Assembly: GCA_038231275.1 (NCBI GenBank)
Contig: JBBRLQ010000001.1
Location: forward strand, 608,001 to 672,000
DNA length: 64,000 bases
Reading direction: 5' to 3'
Origin: Polyangiales bacterium
GTDB taxonomy: Bacteria > Myxococcota_A > Polyangia > Polyangiales > Polyangiaceae
Shown: positions 1 through 9,601 of the stretch, piece by piece
Numbering within the stretch: the stretch's first letter is position 1
Layout: every line of letters starts with the position of its first letter
The notes under the pieces: generated by a model
Told to the model about the DNA's origin: nothing
Databases searched by the model: none
What the model saw: the letters and a program-made list of their open reading frames with translations, nothing else
Program-made: the position numbers and the translations under genes

Positions 1-510
1 CACGTCCGGATGGAGGACACGGGCTTTCGCCGATGCCTCGCCTCGCTGTCTCTCCTGACCGACGAGATGCGGCGCCTCCGCCCCGACAGCGCGCACGTCG
101 TCCGCGCCGGGCTCCATCAGCTGCTCGTCTGGATGCGCAGGGCCGCGCAGCACGGCGCGACCACGCGCGCGCCGGCGGCTCCGCGCGGTCCCCTCGCGCG
201 CGATCTGCGCCGCCTGGTGGAGCGGCACTACCGCGAGCAGCAGCGCGTGGGCGACTATGCGCGAATGCTCGGCGTCTCGGCCGAGCACCTGAGCCGCGCC
301 GTCCGGCGGGAGACAGGTACGACGGCGCGCGACGTGATCCATCAGAGGGTTCTCCTCGAAGCAAAGCGGATGCTCCGCTATTCGGAGCGGTCGGTCGCCG
401 CGATCGGCGAGGAGCTGGACTTCGCCGACGCGTCGCACTTCGTACGCTTCTTCAAGAACGCGGTGGGCACCACGCCGGCGGCGTTCCGAAGATCCCATTT
501 CAGGTCATGA
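1..510 (+). CDS. AraC family transcriptional regulator (5' partial)
   Basis: C-terminal AraC HTH pattern (YARMLGVSAEHLSR...LDFADASHFVRFFK..GTTPAAFR); the frame is open to the window edge. Confidence 0.9.
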   Translation, partial: HVRMEDTGFRRCLASLSLLTDEMRRLRPDSAHVVRAGLHQLLVWMRRAAQHGATTRAPAAPRGPLARDLRRLVERHYREQQRVGDYARMLGVSAEHLSRAVRRETGTTARDVIHQRVLLEAKRMLRYSERSVAAIGEELDFADASHFVRFFKNAVGTTPAAFRRSHFRS

Positions 511-564
511 ACGTTCCTTGTCGTCCGTGCCGCCCTGGCTAGAGTCGCGGGGGAGGACGTGGTG

Positions 565-1728
565 ATGACATCCGGACGAACGATGGGCGCCGTTCTGGCG
601 GTCGCGCTGCTCGGCGGAGCGTGCGGCGCGGCCCCGCCGAAGGCCACGGCCGCCCCCGCCACGAAGTCGGCCGCGTCGCCGGCCGCCGCCTCCGTCGACT
701 CGGTCACGTCCCACGAGCGGAGCGCGGTGGAGATCGCGAGCGGCGTGTACGTGATCCGCCACGAGGACGCGCCAGACACGTTCCCGCAGGGAAATACCAC
801 GGTCATCGTCGGGGACCGCGACGTCCTCGTCGTGGACTCCTGCTACTTGCCGTCGAGCGCGAAGAAAGACATCGCGCAGATCGGAAAATGGACGAGCAAA
901 CCGGTGCGCTACCTGGTGAACACGCACTGGCACTACGACCACACGATGGGGAACGCGGCGTACCGCGACGCGTTCCCGTCGATTGCGATCATCGCGCACA
1001 CGGAGACCCGCAAACAGATCGCCGGCTACAATCCGCAGTGGTTCGCGAAGTTTCCTGCGCGCGCCACCATGTTCAAGCAGCGTCTCGACGAAGGCAAAGG
1101 TGCCGACGGAAAGCCGTACTCGCAAGGAGAGATCGCCGAGCTTCGCACCGCCCTCGCCGGCACCGAGCCGGTGTGGAGCGAGCTCCGCGACCTCGCCGGT
1201 CGGCGTGACTTGGTGCCGACGCTGACGTTCGAGCGGGAGCTCGACGTCGATCTAGGAGGTCGTGACGTGCGCATCCTGCACCTGGGACGGGGAAACACGG
1301 CGGGCGACGCGGTGGTGGTGCTGCCGCGCGAGAAGATCGTCGTCGCCGGCGATCTGGTGGATCACCCGGTGCCGTATCTTGGCGGCGGCTATCCGCTGGA
1401 GTTGATCGGAACGCTGGAGAGTCTGGCGCGCCTCGAGCCCGCCACGATCGTCCCGGGGCACGGCAAGGTCCTGCGCGGCAACGCGTACCTGATGCAGGTC
1501 ATCGAGCTGCTCCGTGTCGTGGTTGCGGCGGTCGACGGGGAGATTCACCGCGTCGGCAACGGCCCGCGAAATCTGGACGCCGTGAGGAAGGGCGTGGAGG
1601 CGAGCGTCGACGTGGCAGCGTGGCGCCAGCGCTTCACCGGGGACGACCGCGACAGTCGCGACTTCTTCGACGACTTCTCGTTCGCCGGCCTGGTGACCGC
1701 GGCCTACGCGGAGCTCTGGCCGCGGTAG
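565..1728 (+). CDS. MBL-fold metallo-hydrolase lipoprotein
   Basis: THWHYDH motif, GNTxGD, PGHG; lipobox LGGAC; SD GGAGG at 552-556. Confidence 0.85.
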   Translation: MTSGRTMGAVLAVALLGGACGAAPPKATAAPATKSAASPAAASVDSVTSHERSAVEIASGVYVIRHEDAPDTFPQGNTTVIVGDRDVLVVDSCYLPSSAKKDIAQIGKWTSKPVRYLVNTHWHYDHTMGNAAYRDAFPSIAIIAHTETRKQIAGYNPQWFAKFPARATMFKQRLDEGKGADGKPYSQGEIAELRTALAGTEPVWSELRDLAGRRDLVPTLTFERELDVDLGGRDVRILHLGRGNTAGDAVVVLPREKIVVAGDLVDHPVPYLGGGYPLELIGTLESLARLEPATIVPGHGKVLRGNAYLMQVIELLRVVVAAVDGEIHRVGNGPRNLDAVRKGVEASVDVAAWRQRFTGDDRDSRDFFDDFSFAGLVTAAYAELWPR

Positions 1729-1791
1729 CAGGTCGCGTCTCGCAAACGCCCGGCCGCCACTTGGCGCGCGCGGCGGCACGTCTGCTTGAAA

Positions 1792-1806
1792 TGGCACACC
1801 AGGTGC
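1792..1806 (+). promoter_or_regulatory. candidate sigma54 (-24/-12) promoter
   Basis: TGGCACACCAGGTGC fits GG-N10-GC, 14 nt before ATG 1821. Confidence 0.6.
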
Positions 1807-1820
1807 TTCGGGACGGCCGC

Positions 1821-2324
1821 ATGAAGCGGATCCTGTGCGGACTAGGCATGGCTTTGGTCGTGGCGGGCTGCGCGGCAACGCCCGAGCTCACCTATTCGTC
1901 GGACCTTGACGGAGGGTTGTCGCAGCTCCTCGAGGGGGACGCCTCTCCAGACGGGGGCACGGAAGAAGACGGAGGCACCACCGGTACCCAGTACGTCGAC
2001 GCGGAGGCGCCGTGGATCGAGGCCGGACCGCGCGTCGATTCGAGCTCGTTGGATCACGACGCGGGCGCCGCCGCGCCTCCGCCTTCGGACAGCGGCGCCG
2101 GAGGGCCAACGTGTCCGTCCGTCATCTCACCAGGGGTTCAGTGTTGCACCTCCTCGCCGCCGACTTCGTCGCGCACGTGCGTGGGGCAATCGTGCAGCCA
2201 CTGTGGCGATTGTTTGCAGGCCGGATGCGACGCCACGCAGTTTTGCTGCGCGGCCGTGAATGGCGGCGGCAAGTACAAGGGGACCTTCTGCTCCGACTCC
2301 ATCGCGTGCCCCCGACCGAGCTGA
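1821..2324 (+). CDS. Cys-rich hypothetical lipoprotein
   Basis: MKRILCGLGMALVVAGC lipobox, DGG/DAG linker, Cys-rich C-terminus. Confidence 0.7.
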   Translation: MKRILCGLGMALVVAGCAATPELTYSSDLDGGLSQLLEGDASPDGGTEEDGGTTGTQYVDAEAPWIEAGPRVDSSSLDHDAGAAAPPPSDSGAGGPTCPSVISPGVQCCTSSPPTSSRTCVGQSCSHCGDCLQAGCDATQFCCAAVNGGGKYKGTFCSDSIACPRPS

Positions 2325-2388
2325 GGCTCGCCTCGACTTCGAAAGCGCCACGTTCAGGGAGGGCAATTTGCCGATTTCCTCCCCTCCC

Positions 2389-2417
2389 TTGACAATATGT
2401 AGACCGATCTACATAGT
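2389..2417 (+). promoter_or_regulatory. sigma70-type promoter overlapped by a palindromic TetR operator
   Basis: TTGACA (2389-2394), 17 nt, CATAGT (2412-2417); inverted repeat TATGTAGA-CCGA-TCTACATA at 2396-2415. Confidence 0.75.
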
Positions 2418-2424
2418 TGAATGG

Positions 2425-2991
2425 ATGGGTGCGACAAGAGAACGCTTCGTGCGGGCAACCGCGACGCTTCTGCAGGAGCGGGGGTACAGCGGCACGGGAC
2501 TGAACGACATCCTCGCGGCGAGCGGCGCGCCGCGAGGGTCGCTCTACTTTCACTTCCCCGGGGGCAAGGCCGAGCTCGCGGCCGAGGCGGTGAAGCAATC
2601 GGCCGCAGAGATGTGCGACGTCTTGCGCGGTCTCCTCGAGGCGTCGGAGAACATCGAGCAGGGCATCCGGTCGATCACGCACCTGCTCGGACAGCAGCTC
2701 GTCGCGTCCGACTACAAGCTCGGCTGCCCCATCGCGCCGCTGGCGATCGAAGGCGTCGACGGTGCGCTCGCAGACCAGGTCGCCGGCGCGTTCGAAGCCT
2801 GGCACAAGGTCATCCGCGCGCGGTTGGTGCGCGCAGGGCACGCGCCGAAGCGGGCGACAGAGCTGGCGACGTTCGCGCTCTCGGCGATCGAGGGTGCGCT
2901 CCTCCTGTGCAAGGTGCGCCGAAGCGTGGCGCCCCTCGAGCGGGCGGCCATCGAGCTGGCGCGGATCGCCGAGCCGGCGAAAGGAACATGA
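2425..2991 (+). CDS. TetR/AcrR family regulator (LmrA/YxaF-like)
   Basis: GYSGTGLNDIL...PRGSLYFHFPGGK HTH; GCP motif in the C-terminal domain. Confidence 0.9.
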   Translation: MGATRERFVRATATLLQERGYSGTGLNDILAASGAPRGSLYFHFPGGKAELAAEAVKQSAAEMCDVLRGLLEASENIEQGIRSITHLLGQQLVASDYKLGCPIAPLAIEGVDGALADQVAGAFEAWHKVIRARLVRAGHAPKRATELATFALSAIEGALLLCKVRRSVAPLERAAIELARIAEPAKGT

Positions 2992-4019
2992 CGATGAGCG
3001 CGCATGCATTCGTAACGGGCGCCACGGGGTTGATCGGTCGGTGGCTCGTTCCCGCGCTGACGCGTCGCGGCTACGTCGTGACCGCCCTGGTACGCGACGC
3101 CGGCGCGCGCGAGGCGGAGTACCTCGCGTGGGTCGATGGGCACGGTGGCCACTCCGAACAGGTGCGCCTCGTCGACGGCGACCTCGGAGCGGAGGGCCTC
3201 GGGCTGAGCGAGGCGTCGCGATCGCGGGTCGGTGAGGCGGACATCGTCTACCACCTCGGCGCGGCGATGCAGCTGGGCCTCGATCCCGCGCGCACGCACG
3301 CCGTCAACGAGCTCGGCACCGAGCGCGTCCTCTCGCTCGCCGCCTCGTCGGATCGACGTCCACGTTTCGTGTTGCTCACGGGGTTTCGCATCGCCGCCGC
3401 GCGCCACAGGGACCCTGCCAAGATGGGCGCGTACGAGGCATCGAAGGTACGCGCCGACGCCCGCGCACGCGTCTTCGCGCGCGAGCGCGGAATGCCGCTC
3501 ACCGTCGTGAACCCCGCGGTAGTCATCGGCGATTCACGGACCGGCGAGACGACGCTCTTCTGGGGATTCCCCGAGGTCGTGCGCGATCTGAAGCAAAGGA
3601 AGCTCCCGGCGGTACCCGGTAGCGCACGTCACTGGATGCCGCTGGTCACCGTCGACTACCTCGCCGAGTTTCTCGCGCACGTGCCCTCGCGCGATGAAGA
3701 GGCGCTGGCGGAGTATTTCCTGCTCGATGATCGCACCCCCAACCTCGGTGCGCTGTTCCGGCTCGTCGCCGATCAGCTCGGCGTCGCGGCGCCGCGCCTC
3801 CACGTGCCGATGGCGATCGCGCCGCTCCTCCTGCGGTTGATTGGGCAAGGCGCGAAGGTCGAGGGGCTGAACTTCATCAGCACCGATCGCTACGACACGA
3901 CCTCGGCCACGCGCGCCGCGGCGAGGATCGGGCTGGAGCTGCCCGATCTCGATCGCGCCGTCAGGAAGAGCGTCGACTTCCTCGTCGCACACGATTTCGG
4001 CGCAACCGTGAGCGGATGA
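2988..4019 (+). CDS. extended SDR / NAD-dependent epimerase-reductase
   Basis: VTGATGLIG Rossmann motif, YEASK; ATGA overlap with the TetR stop. Confidence 0.85.
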   Translation: MTMSAHAFVTGATGLIGRWLVPALTRRGYVVTALVRDAGAREAEYLAWVDGHGGHSEQVRLVDGDLGAEGLGLSEASRSRVGEADIVYHLGAAMQLGLDPARTHAVNELGTERVLSLAASSDRRPRFVLLTGFRIAAARHRDPAKMGAYEASKVRADARARVFARERGMPLTVVNPAVVIGDSRTGETTLFWGFPEVVRDLKQRKLPAVPGSARHWMPLVTVDYLAEFLAHVPSRDEEALAEYFLLDDRTPNLGALFRLVADQLGVAAPRLHVPMAIAPLLLRLIGQGAKVEGLNFISTDRYDTTSATRAAARIGLELPDLDRAVRKSVDFLVAHDFGATVSG

Positions 4020-4359
4020 ATCTCCCATGCCGTCGCGCGCCAGTTGCCGGCGTGCCCCGGCGCGATGTTCTTTTGTTCTCGTCGCGCCTTCACAAGTGTC
4101 CCGGAGCGGCATCAACCGTTTCACAGGCTTCCGTCATGCGGCGATCCCGAGCCGCCAATGGGCGAGTCTTCAAAGCAGGGGGTCAGGCGAAGGACCAATT
4201 CGAACTTCTCGGTCCTCGAGGAGCTCCCCGCCTCGCGCCCCGCTTCACCGGCGCGTGCTCGGCGCGCGTGCTCATGTACGCCATCGCGCGTCGCGAGCTT
4301 CGACGCCGCCGGGCTCGCCTTGGCGAGGCGGTGCGCCTCGACGTGCTGAGCCCGTACGT

Positions 4360-4751
4360 CTAGTCGACCTTCACGTCGAGCGCGCCGGCCGACTGCGCAT
4401 CGAACATGAAGAGATCGTAGTCCCGGTGTACTTCGCGCCTTCGAAGCCCCCCGTGGAGAGCGTGCCGTTGATGATGAACGTCGTGGTGCCGGTCACAGCG
4501 CCGAGGCTCTGCGCGCCGGTGATCGCGGGGCCGTCGTTGGGTTCGACCTCCGCAACGATTGACGTCGTGCCCCCACCGCCGCCGTCCCCGCCGCCGCCTC
4601 CTCCGAAGAGCCCGCCGTCGGCGCCGGCTCCTCCGTCCCCGCCCCCACCGCCACTACTAGAGGAGGAGCTCGTGGTCGTGGAGCTGCAGGCGGCGGTGAG
4701 CGCGGCGCATAGGATGAAGGTGAACACGCTGATTTTCACCGAGATCGTCAT
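4360..4751 (-). pseudogene. frameshifted/truncated lipoprotein with ExEPND pre-peptidase-C-like domain
   Basis: lipobox LTAAC, EVEPND motif; adding one base near 4423 gives YTG-DYDLFMFDAQSAGALDVKVD, which then hits TAG at 4360-4362. Confidence 0.5.
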
Positions 4752-4881
4752 GCGGCCGCCCTTCGCCGATAGCTCAGCCCTTCAGTGTGCACCGATCGCC
4801 GCGCTTGCCGAGAAGACCGCCTGATCCAGCGGCCGCATCAGGCGCGTTCAGGTTGCGTGGTCGGCGTGGCATGATGCGACC

Positions 4882-5193
4882 GTGAAGTCGGTCGTGCCTC
4901 GGAACGCGGTTGCGTCAGTGCTCCTTTCTTGTTTGGGGTTGCTCGCTGGGTGCGGAGGCGCCGGCGCTGAAGGGCCAGGCCCAACGACGGGTCCCGTGAC
5001 GCCGCCCGCCTCCTCCATCGACGCGGCGGCGATCAACCAGTCCCACTGCGGCGCGTGCCACGCGCCGTTCGACGCAAAGAGCCATCCGCGAGCCCACCTC
5101 GAGCGCATCCTCAAGATTCACAAGGATCAGAAGCGCGCCACGCTCACCGACGAGGAGTGGACCAAGCTCATCGCGTTCCTGGCGAACGATTAG
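4882..5193 (+). CDS. small monoheme c-type cytochrome lipoprotein
   Basis: lipobox LLAGC; CGACH heme-binding motif. Confidence 0.75.
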   Translation: MKSVVPRNAVASVLLSCLGLLAGCGGAGAEGPGPTTGPVTPPASSIDAAAINQSHCGACHAPFDAKSHPRAHLERILKIHKDQKRATLTDEEWTKLIAFLAND

Positions 5194-5227
5194 CTCGTCT
5201 CGCCGCACCCGAGTCCCGCGCGTTGGG

Positions 5228-6223
5228 CTACGTCTTCGGTGGCGGCGCGCCGATCGACAAGGGGGCGCTCCCGTTGCGATCGAGCCACGCGAGGCAGCCG
5301 CGAATGCTGCCGGTCGCGAGCGCGACGCACGTGTCGGCGCCGCCGTAGTACATGCGGATCGTGTCGCCATCGGGCGCGAGCGTCGTGCCGCAGGGGAACG
5401 CGACGTTGCCGACGTCCCCTTGGCGTTCGTAAATCGCCTCGGGGCCGAAGACCCATTCGTCGCCGCGCGCGAGGCAGACCTCGGGCTCGTTCGTCGCGAA
5501 GAGGGCGAGGCCGAGTCGGTACAAGCTGCCGGCCGCGGTGTGACGCACGCCGTGATAAATCATGAGCCACCCGCGCGGCGTCTCGATGAGCGGCGGGGAC
5601 AGGCCGACCTTGTTCGCGTCCCACCACGCGCCCTTGCGCGCGAGCAGGATCGGCTTGTGGCCGCCCCAGTTGCGTAGATCGGGCGAGTAGGAGATCCAGA
5701 TGTTCGCCGCGGCGTCGGTCACCGGGCGGTGAATCAGCGCGAACTGGCCGTTGATGCGGCGTGGGAAGAGCGCGGCGTCCTTGTCGTCGGGCTGCATAAC
5801 GAGGCCGCACCGCTCGAACGTTCGAAAGTCCTTCGTCAGCGCGATCGCGACGCCAGGTCCGTCTTTGCTGAACGCCGTGTACGCGACGACGTATTGCGCG
5901 AGCTCCTCCACCCACGTGATGCGCGGGTCTTCGATGCCCCACAGCTCCTCGTGGTGGAGATCCGGCTGCGGCAGCATCGTCGGCGTCTCGTCGACGACCC
6001 ATCCGTCGATGCCGTTCTTCGACCGCGCCGCGCAGAGGTGCGAGTGACCCCTGCGGTCTTCGACCCGGCAAAGGAGGAGCGTCGTGCCGTCGCGCAGGAG
6101 CGTCGCGCCCGCGTTGAAGACCGTGTGCGCGGGGTACGGCCAATCCTGCGCAGTGAGGATCGGGTTACCCTCGTGGCGATGGAAGAGCACGTCGTAGTCG
6201 CGCTTGCTCCCCTTGGTGGTCAC
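5228..6223 (-). CDS. GH130-family glycosidase/mannoside phosphorylase
   Basis: NPIL, VFNAGA, GIEDPR, DKDAALFP, YHGV, GNVAFPCG motifs; GTGA overlap with the upstream GT4 stop. Confidence 0.85.
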   Translation of the reverse strand: MTTKGSKRDYDVLFHRHEGNPILTAQDWPYPAHTVFNAGATLLRDGTTLLLCRVEDRRGHSHLCAARSKNGIDGWVVDETPTMLPQPDLHHEELWGIEDPRITWVEELAQYVVAYTAFSKDGPGVAIALTKDFRTFERCGLVMQPDDKDAALFPRRINGQFALIHRPVTDAAANIWISYSPDLRNWGGHKPILLARKGAWWDANKVGLSPPLIETPRGWLMIYHGVRHTAAGSLYRLGLALFATNEPEVCLARGDEWVFGPEAIYERQGDVGNVAFPCGTTLAPDGDTIRMYYGGADTCVALATGSIRGCLAWLDRNGSAPLSIGAPPPKT

Positions 6224-8574
6224 GAAAGCCTCTCCTTCGCGGTGGGCAGCGAGGCGACGTGGTCGGGGCGCGTCTTCGCCACGGTGAGCGGCGTTGCGGA
6301 TGCGAGGATCTTCGACGCGAGACGATCGGCGGCGCGCACCTCGGCGACTGCGATGAGGAACGAGAGCGTCGACTCCGCCCCCTGGTTCTCGTTCATGCGG
6401 TCTTCGTGGATGCCATCGCGGCAGCCTCCGGTCGCGGCGTCGAAGACCGGCGCGTGCAGCGCGTTCTGGCCGAAGAACCACTCGAACGCGTGACGCGCGT
6501 GCTCGGCCCATCGAGGCTGGCCGGTCAGACGATGCGCGTCGAGGCAGGCGGAGACCATCGCGCACGCCTCCACCGGTTGCTGATCGAAGACGGCGCGAGG
6601 CCCGCCGCGAACGTAGAAGCCGTTGGAGCCCACGGGAGCGAACGAGCCGGTGCCCGCGCCGCAGACCGTGGTGAGCCACTCGAGCGAGCGCTCGGCGGCC
6701 TGCTTCATCTCCTCATCGCCCATCCACGTGGCCGACAAGAGGAGGGACTGCGGGAGGCGAGCGTTGCAGTACGTGAGGCGATCCTCGAACCACGGCCAGT
6801 CCGGTGTGCGTGAGTGACGGAAGCGCTCGAAGAGCTTCTGCGCCAGCGCGGTGCCGACCGACTCGACGCCGCTGTCACCGTGGAACGCGCGGAGATACTC
6901 GTCGATGCCGAGCAGCGTGTACGCCCACGCGCGCGGACTCGTCAGGCTGGCCGTCGCCGGAAGCGCGGCGTAGAAGAGTTGGCGCCCGAGCGCTTTTCGC
7001 CCCGGATCTTCGGAGCGCCCGATCACGGCGCCGAGCGCCCAGAGTGCACGGCCGTGACAGTCGTCGGAGCCGGGCGCATCGACCCAGCGCCGATCGTACG
7101 TCATGAAATTCCGGAAGCGGCCGCTCTCCTCGTCGAACGCGTGGTTCACGAACGCGAGGTATCGCGCGGCGAGGGCACGCACGACGGCGGGCGTCTCGGT
7201 GCCCTGATCCTCGAGGAGCATCATGAGGAGGAGCCCGCGCGCGTTGTCGTCGGTGCAGTACCCGTCGCGGTAGCGCGGGACGTCGAACGTCGCGTGCTGG
7301 AGGATGCCGGTGTCGTCGGTCATCGCGCGCACGTGCGAGAGATCGACCTCGGGCGGTTCGGGCGGGCGCCGCGCCAGTGTCTTTGCCTGGAACACCGCGC
7401 GCCGGCGGGCGTCGTGGGCCGCGCGCGCGCGCTCGAAGGTCTCGAGGTAACTGCGCGCGACGATCGGCCAGCTCATTCCTCGCCCGAACTCGGCCGCGCG
7501 CTGCTGGAGCGCGAAGCGCTTGGCCGGATCGTCGAGCAGCGCGATCACCTCGCGCGCGATCGCCCCGGAGTCCCGCCACGGCACGAGCACGCCGCGACCG
7601 TCTGCGAGCAGCTCGCGCGCGTAACGGTACGGTGTGGAGACCACCGCCTTGCCGCAGCCCACCGCGTACGCCAGCGTGCCCGACGTGCTCTGCTCCTCCT
7701 TCAGGTACGGCGTCACGTAGATGTCGGCGGCGCCGAGGAACTCGACGAGCTCCTCGTGGCTGACGAAACGGTTGTGGAAGATGATGTTCGCAGTGACGCC
7801 GAGGCGCTGCGCGCGGCTCTCGAGCATGTGCCGGTACGTCTCGCCGTGCTGCTGCTTCACGTGAGGATGCGTCGCGCCGAGCACGATGTAGACGACGTCC
7901 GGATGCTGTTCGACGATCGCAGGCAATGCGTCGATCACGTGCTCGATGCCCTTGTCGGGGGAGAGAAGCCCGAAGGTGAGGATGACCATGCGCCCCTCGA
8001 CGCCCAGGCGATCCTTGCTGCGCCGCTCCGCGGCAACGGGGATGCCGTGGGGGATCACGTCGATCTTGGCGAGGTCGACGCCGTGGACCTCGTGGAGCAG
8101 CGCCGCGCCGTCGCTGCTCATGACGACGACGCGCTCCGACAGCTTGACGATCGCGTCCATGACCGCGAGCTGCGAATGGTTCGGTGCGGCGATGATCGTG
8201 TGCAGCGTCGTCACGATCGGCATTCGCAGATCGCGGAGAAGCTCGAGCACGTTGGCGCCCGCCTTGGGGCCGAAGATGCCGTACTCGTGCTGCAGCGAGA
8301 CCACGTCGACGGCGTTGACGTTGAGAAAATCCGCGGCGCGCCGGTACGCCGACACGTCTCCCTCCGCGATCTCGAAGCGAACACGCGGCGGGTACGCGTG
8401 GTGGACGCCCGGATCGTTCATCGCGAGGACGAAGCAGTCGATGTCGGGGACCTCCGAGGCGATGGCTTGGCTGAGATCGGTGGTGAACGTCGCGATGCCG
8501 CACTGCCGGGGCAGGTGGTTACCGAGCATCGCGACGGTACGGACAAACCCGTGCCCACGGCCGCTTTCGTCCAT
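6220..8574 (-). CDS. GT4 glycosyltransferase fused to a C-terminal (alpha/alpha)6 glycosidase-like domain
   Basis: PRQCGIATFT, QHEYGIFG, KGIE, EQSTSGTLAYA; C-domain DDTGILQHA, YCTDDNAR, FDQQPVEA, NQGAESTL. Confidence 0.85.
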   Translation of the reverse strand: MDESGRGHGFVRTVAMLGNHLPRQCGIATFTTDLSQAIASEVPDIDCFVLAMNDPGVHHAYPPRVRFEIAEGDVSAYRRAADFLNVNAVDVVSLQHEYGIFGPKAGANVLELLRDLRMPIVTTLHTIIAAPNHSQLAVMDAIVKLSERVVVMSSDGAALLHEVHGVDLAKIDVIPHGIPVAAERRSKDRLGVEGRMVILTFGLLSPDKGIEHVIDALPAIVEQHPDVVYIVLGATHPHVKQQHGETYRHMLESRAQRLGVTANIIFHNRFVSHEELVEFLGAADIYVTPYLKEEQSTSGTLAYAVGCGKAVVSTPYRYARELLADGRGVLVPWRDSGAIAREVIALLDDPAKRFALQQRAAEFGRGMSWPIVARSYLETFERARAAHDARRRAVFQAKTLARRPPEPPEVDLSHVRAMTDDTGILQHATFDVPRYRDGYCTDDNARGLLLMMLLEDQGTETPAVVRALAARYLAFVNHAFDEESGRFRNFMTYDRRWVDAPGSDDCHGRALWALGAVIGRSEDPGRKALGRQLFYAALPATASLTSPRAWAYTLLGIDEYLRAFHGDSGVESVGTALAQKLFERFRHSRTPDWPWFEDRLTYCNARLPQSLLLSATWMGDEEMKQAAERSLEWLTTVCGAGTGSFAPVGSNGFYVRGGPRAVFDQQPVEACAMVSACLDAHRLTGQPRWAEHARHAFEWFFGQNALHAPVFDAATGGCRDGIHEDRMNENQGAESTLSFLIAVAEVRAADRLASKILASATPLTVAKTRPDHVASLPTAKERLS

Positions 8575-8736
8575 GATCCCCTCGAATTGACCGCGGATCG
8601 TGGCCGAAGTCTGAAGCTCGCGCGCGACCGTCGGGAGGACGGCGCATCACGGGCGGGGCGAAGCATGCGCCTACCGTGCGGCCGGCGCAAGCGATGCACG
8701 TCTTGCAGGTGAGGCGAGAGCCCGACCGTGGACTGG

Positions 8737-9531
8737 TCACGCCGGGGCAGGCAGCCAGCGCGCGACGAGCCAGTCGAGCGCGGCGTCCTTTGCGTCACGC
8801 ATCGCGCGATCGATCCCGGCGACGCGCGCGTCGGGCGTGGAGGTCCCATACGCCCGCGCGTAGAGCACCCAGTTCGACAGCTCGTAGTGATGAAGGAGCG
8901 GCGCGAAGCGGTGGGCGTCGAGCATGCCGAGCGCGTTCATCGCGGCGTCGGCGCCGTCGGCCGCGTGCAGCGCCGTCGTCGCGTCGAAGAGCAACTCGCG
9001 CAGATCCTCGAACGCGCGCTCCGGCGCATCGGCCATCGACGTGAGCAGCGCCTCGAAGTCGGCCTCCGAGAGCCCGGCTTGCTCGGCGGCGTTCGCCATC
9101 GCCGGGACTTGCGTAGCGAGAAACGCCGCGTCCGGCGAGCTGACGAGGAGGCGACCGACCAAGTACACGTCGAACGCGCTGGCGATCGACTCGCCGAGGA
9201 AGAGCGACGCCGACGACGGTGCGTTGCCATTCCGGGGCAGCGCCTTCGCCGCGAGGTGATGCCATGCCGCATGCGCGAGGACGTCCGCGTCGAGCCCATC
9301 GACGAGCACGTCGCCGCCGCCCTCGGCTCCCCAGTACGTGAGGTTGAGGAGCACCGCGCGGTCCCAGCGCCCCGCGAGAGAGCGCGGGAGGAGTCGGAAC
9401 GGGTACGCGTCGCGGCGCAGCACCTCTTTGAGATCGGCGTACAGACCGACCCCCCGAAGCGCGCGCTCGTCGGCGATCGTGAGGTCGTCGACGGTGTGGG
9501 TGTCGAAACGGAGGGCACCGCTCGGCTTCAT
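8737..9531 (-). CDS. hypothetical protein with HxxxHH...E putative metal site
   Basis: well-formed GC3-biased ORF; AHAAWHH...GESIA; TAGGTT 6 nt upstream of ATG. Confidence 0.7.
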   Translation of the reverse strand: MKPSGALRFDTHTVDDLTIADERALRGVGLYADLKEVLRRDAYPFRLLPRSLAGRWDRAVLLNLTYWGAEGGGDVLVDGLDADVLAHAAWHHLAAKALPRNGNAPSSASLFLGESIASAFDVYLVGRLLVSSPDAAFLATQVPAMANAAEQAGLSEADFEALLTSMADAPERAFEDLRELLFDATTALHAADGADAAMNALGMLDAHRFAPLLHHYELSNWVLYARAYGTSTPDARVAGIDRAMRDAKDAALDWLVARWLPAPA

Positions 9532-9601
9532 GCGCCAAACCTATCACCGGTGCTGCTTCTGGATTCGCGCGCGCGCCGGGCCGATCTACCCTGGGGAATC
9601 C

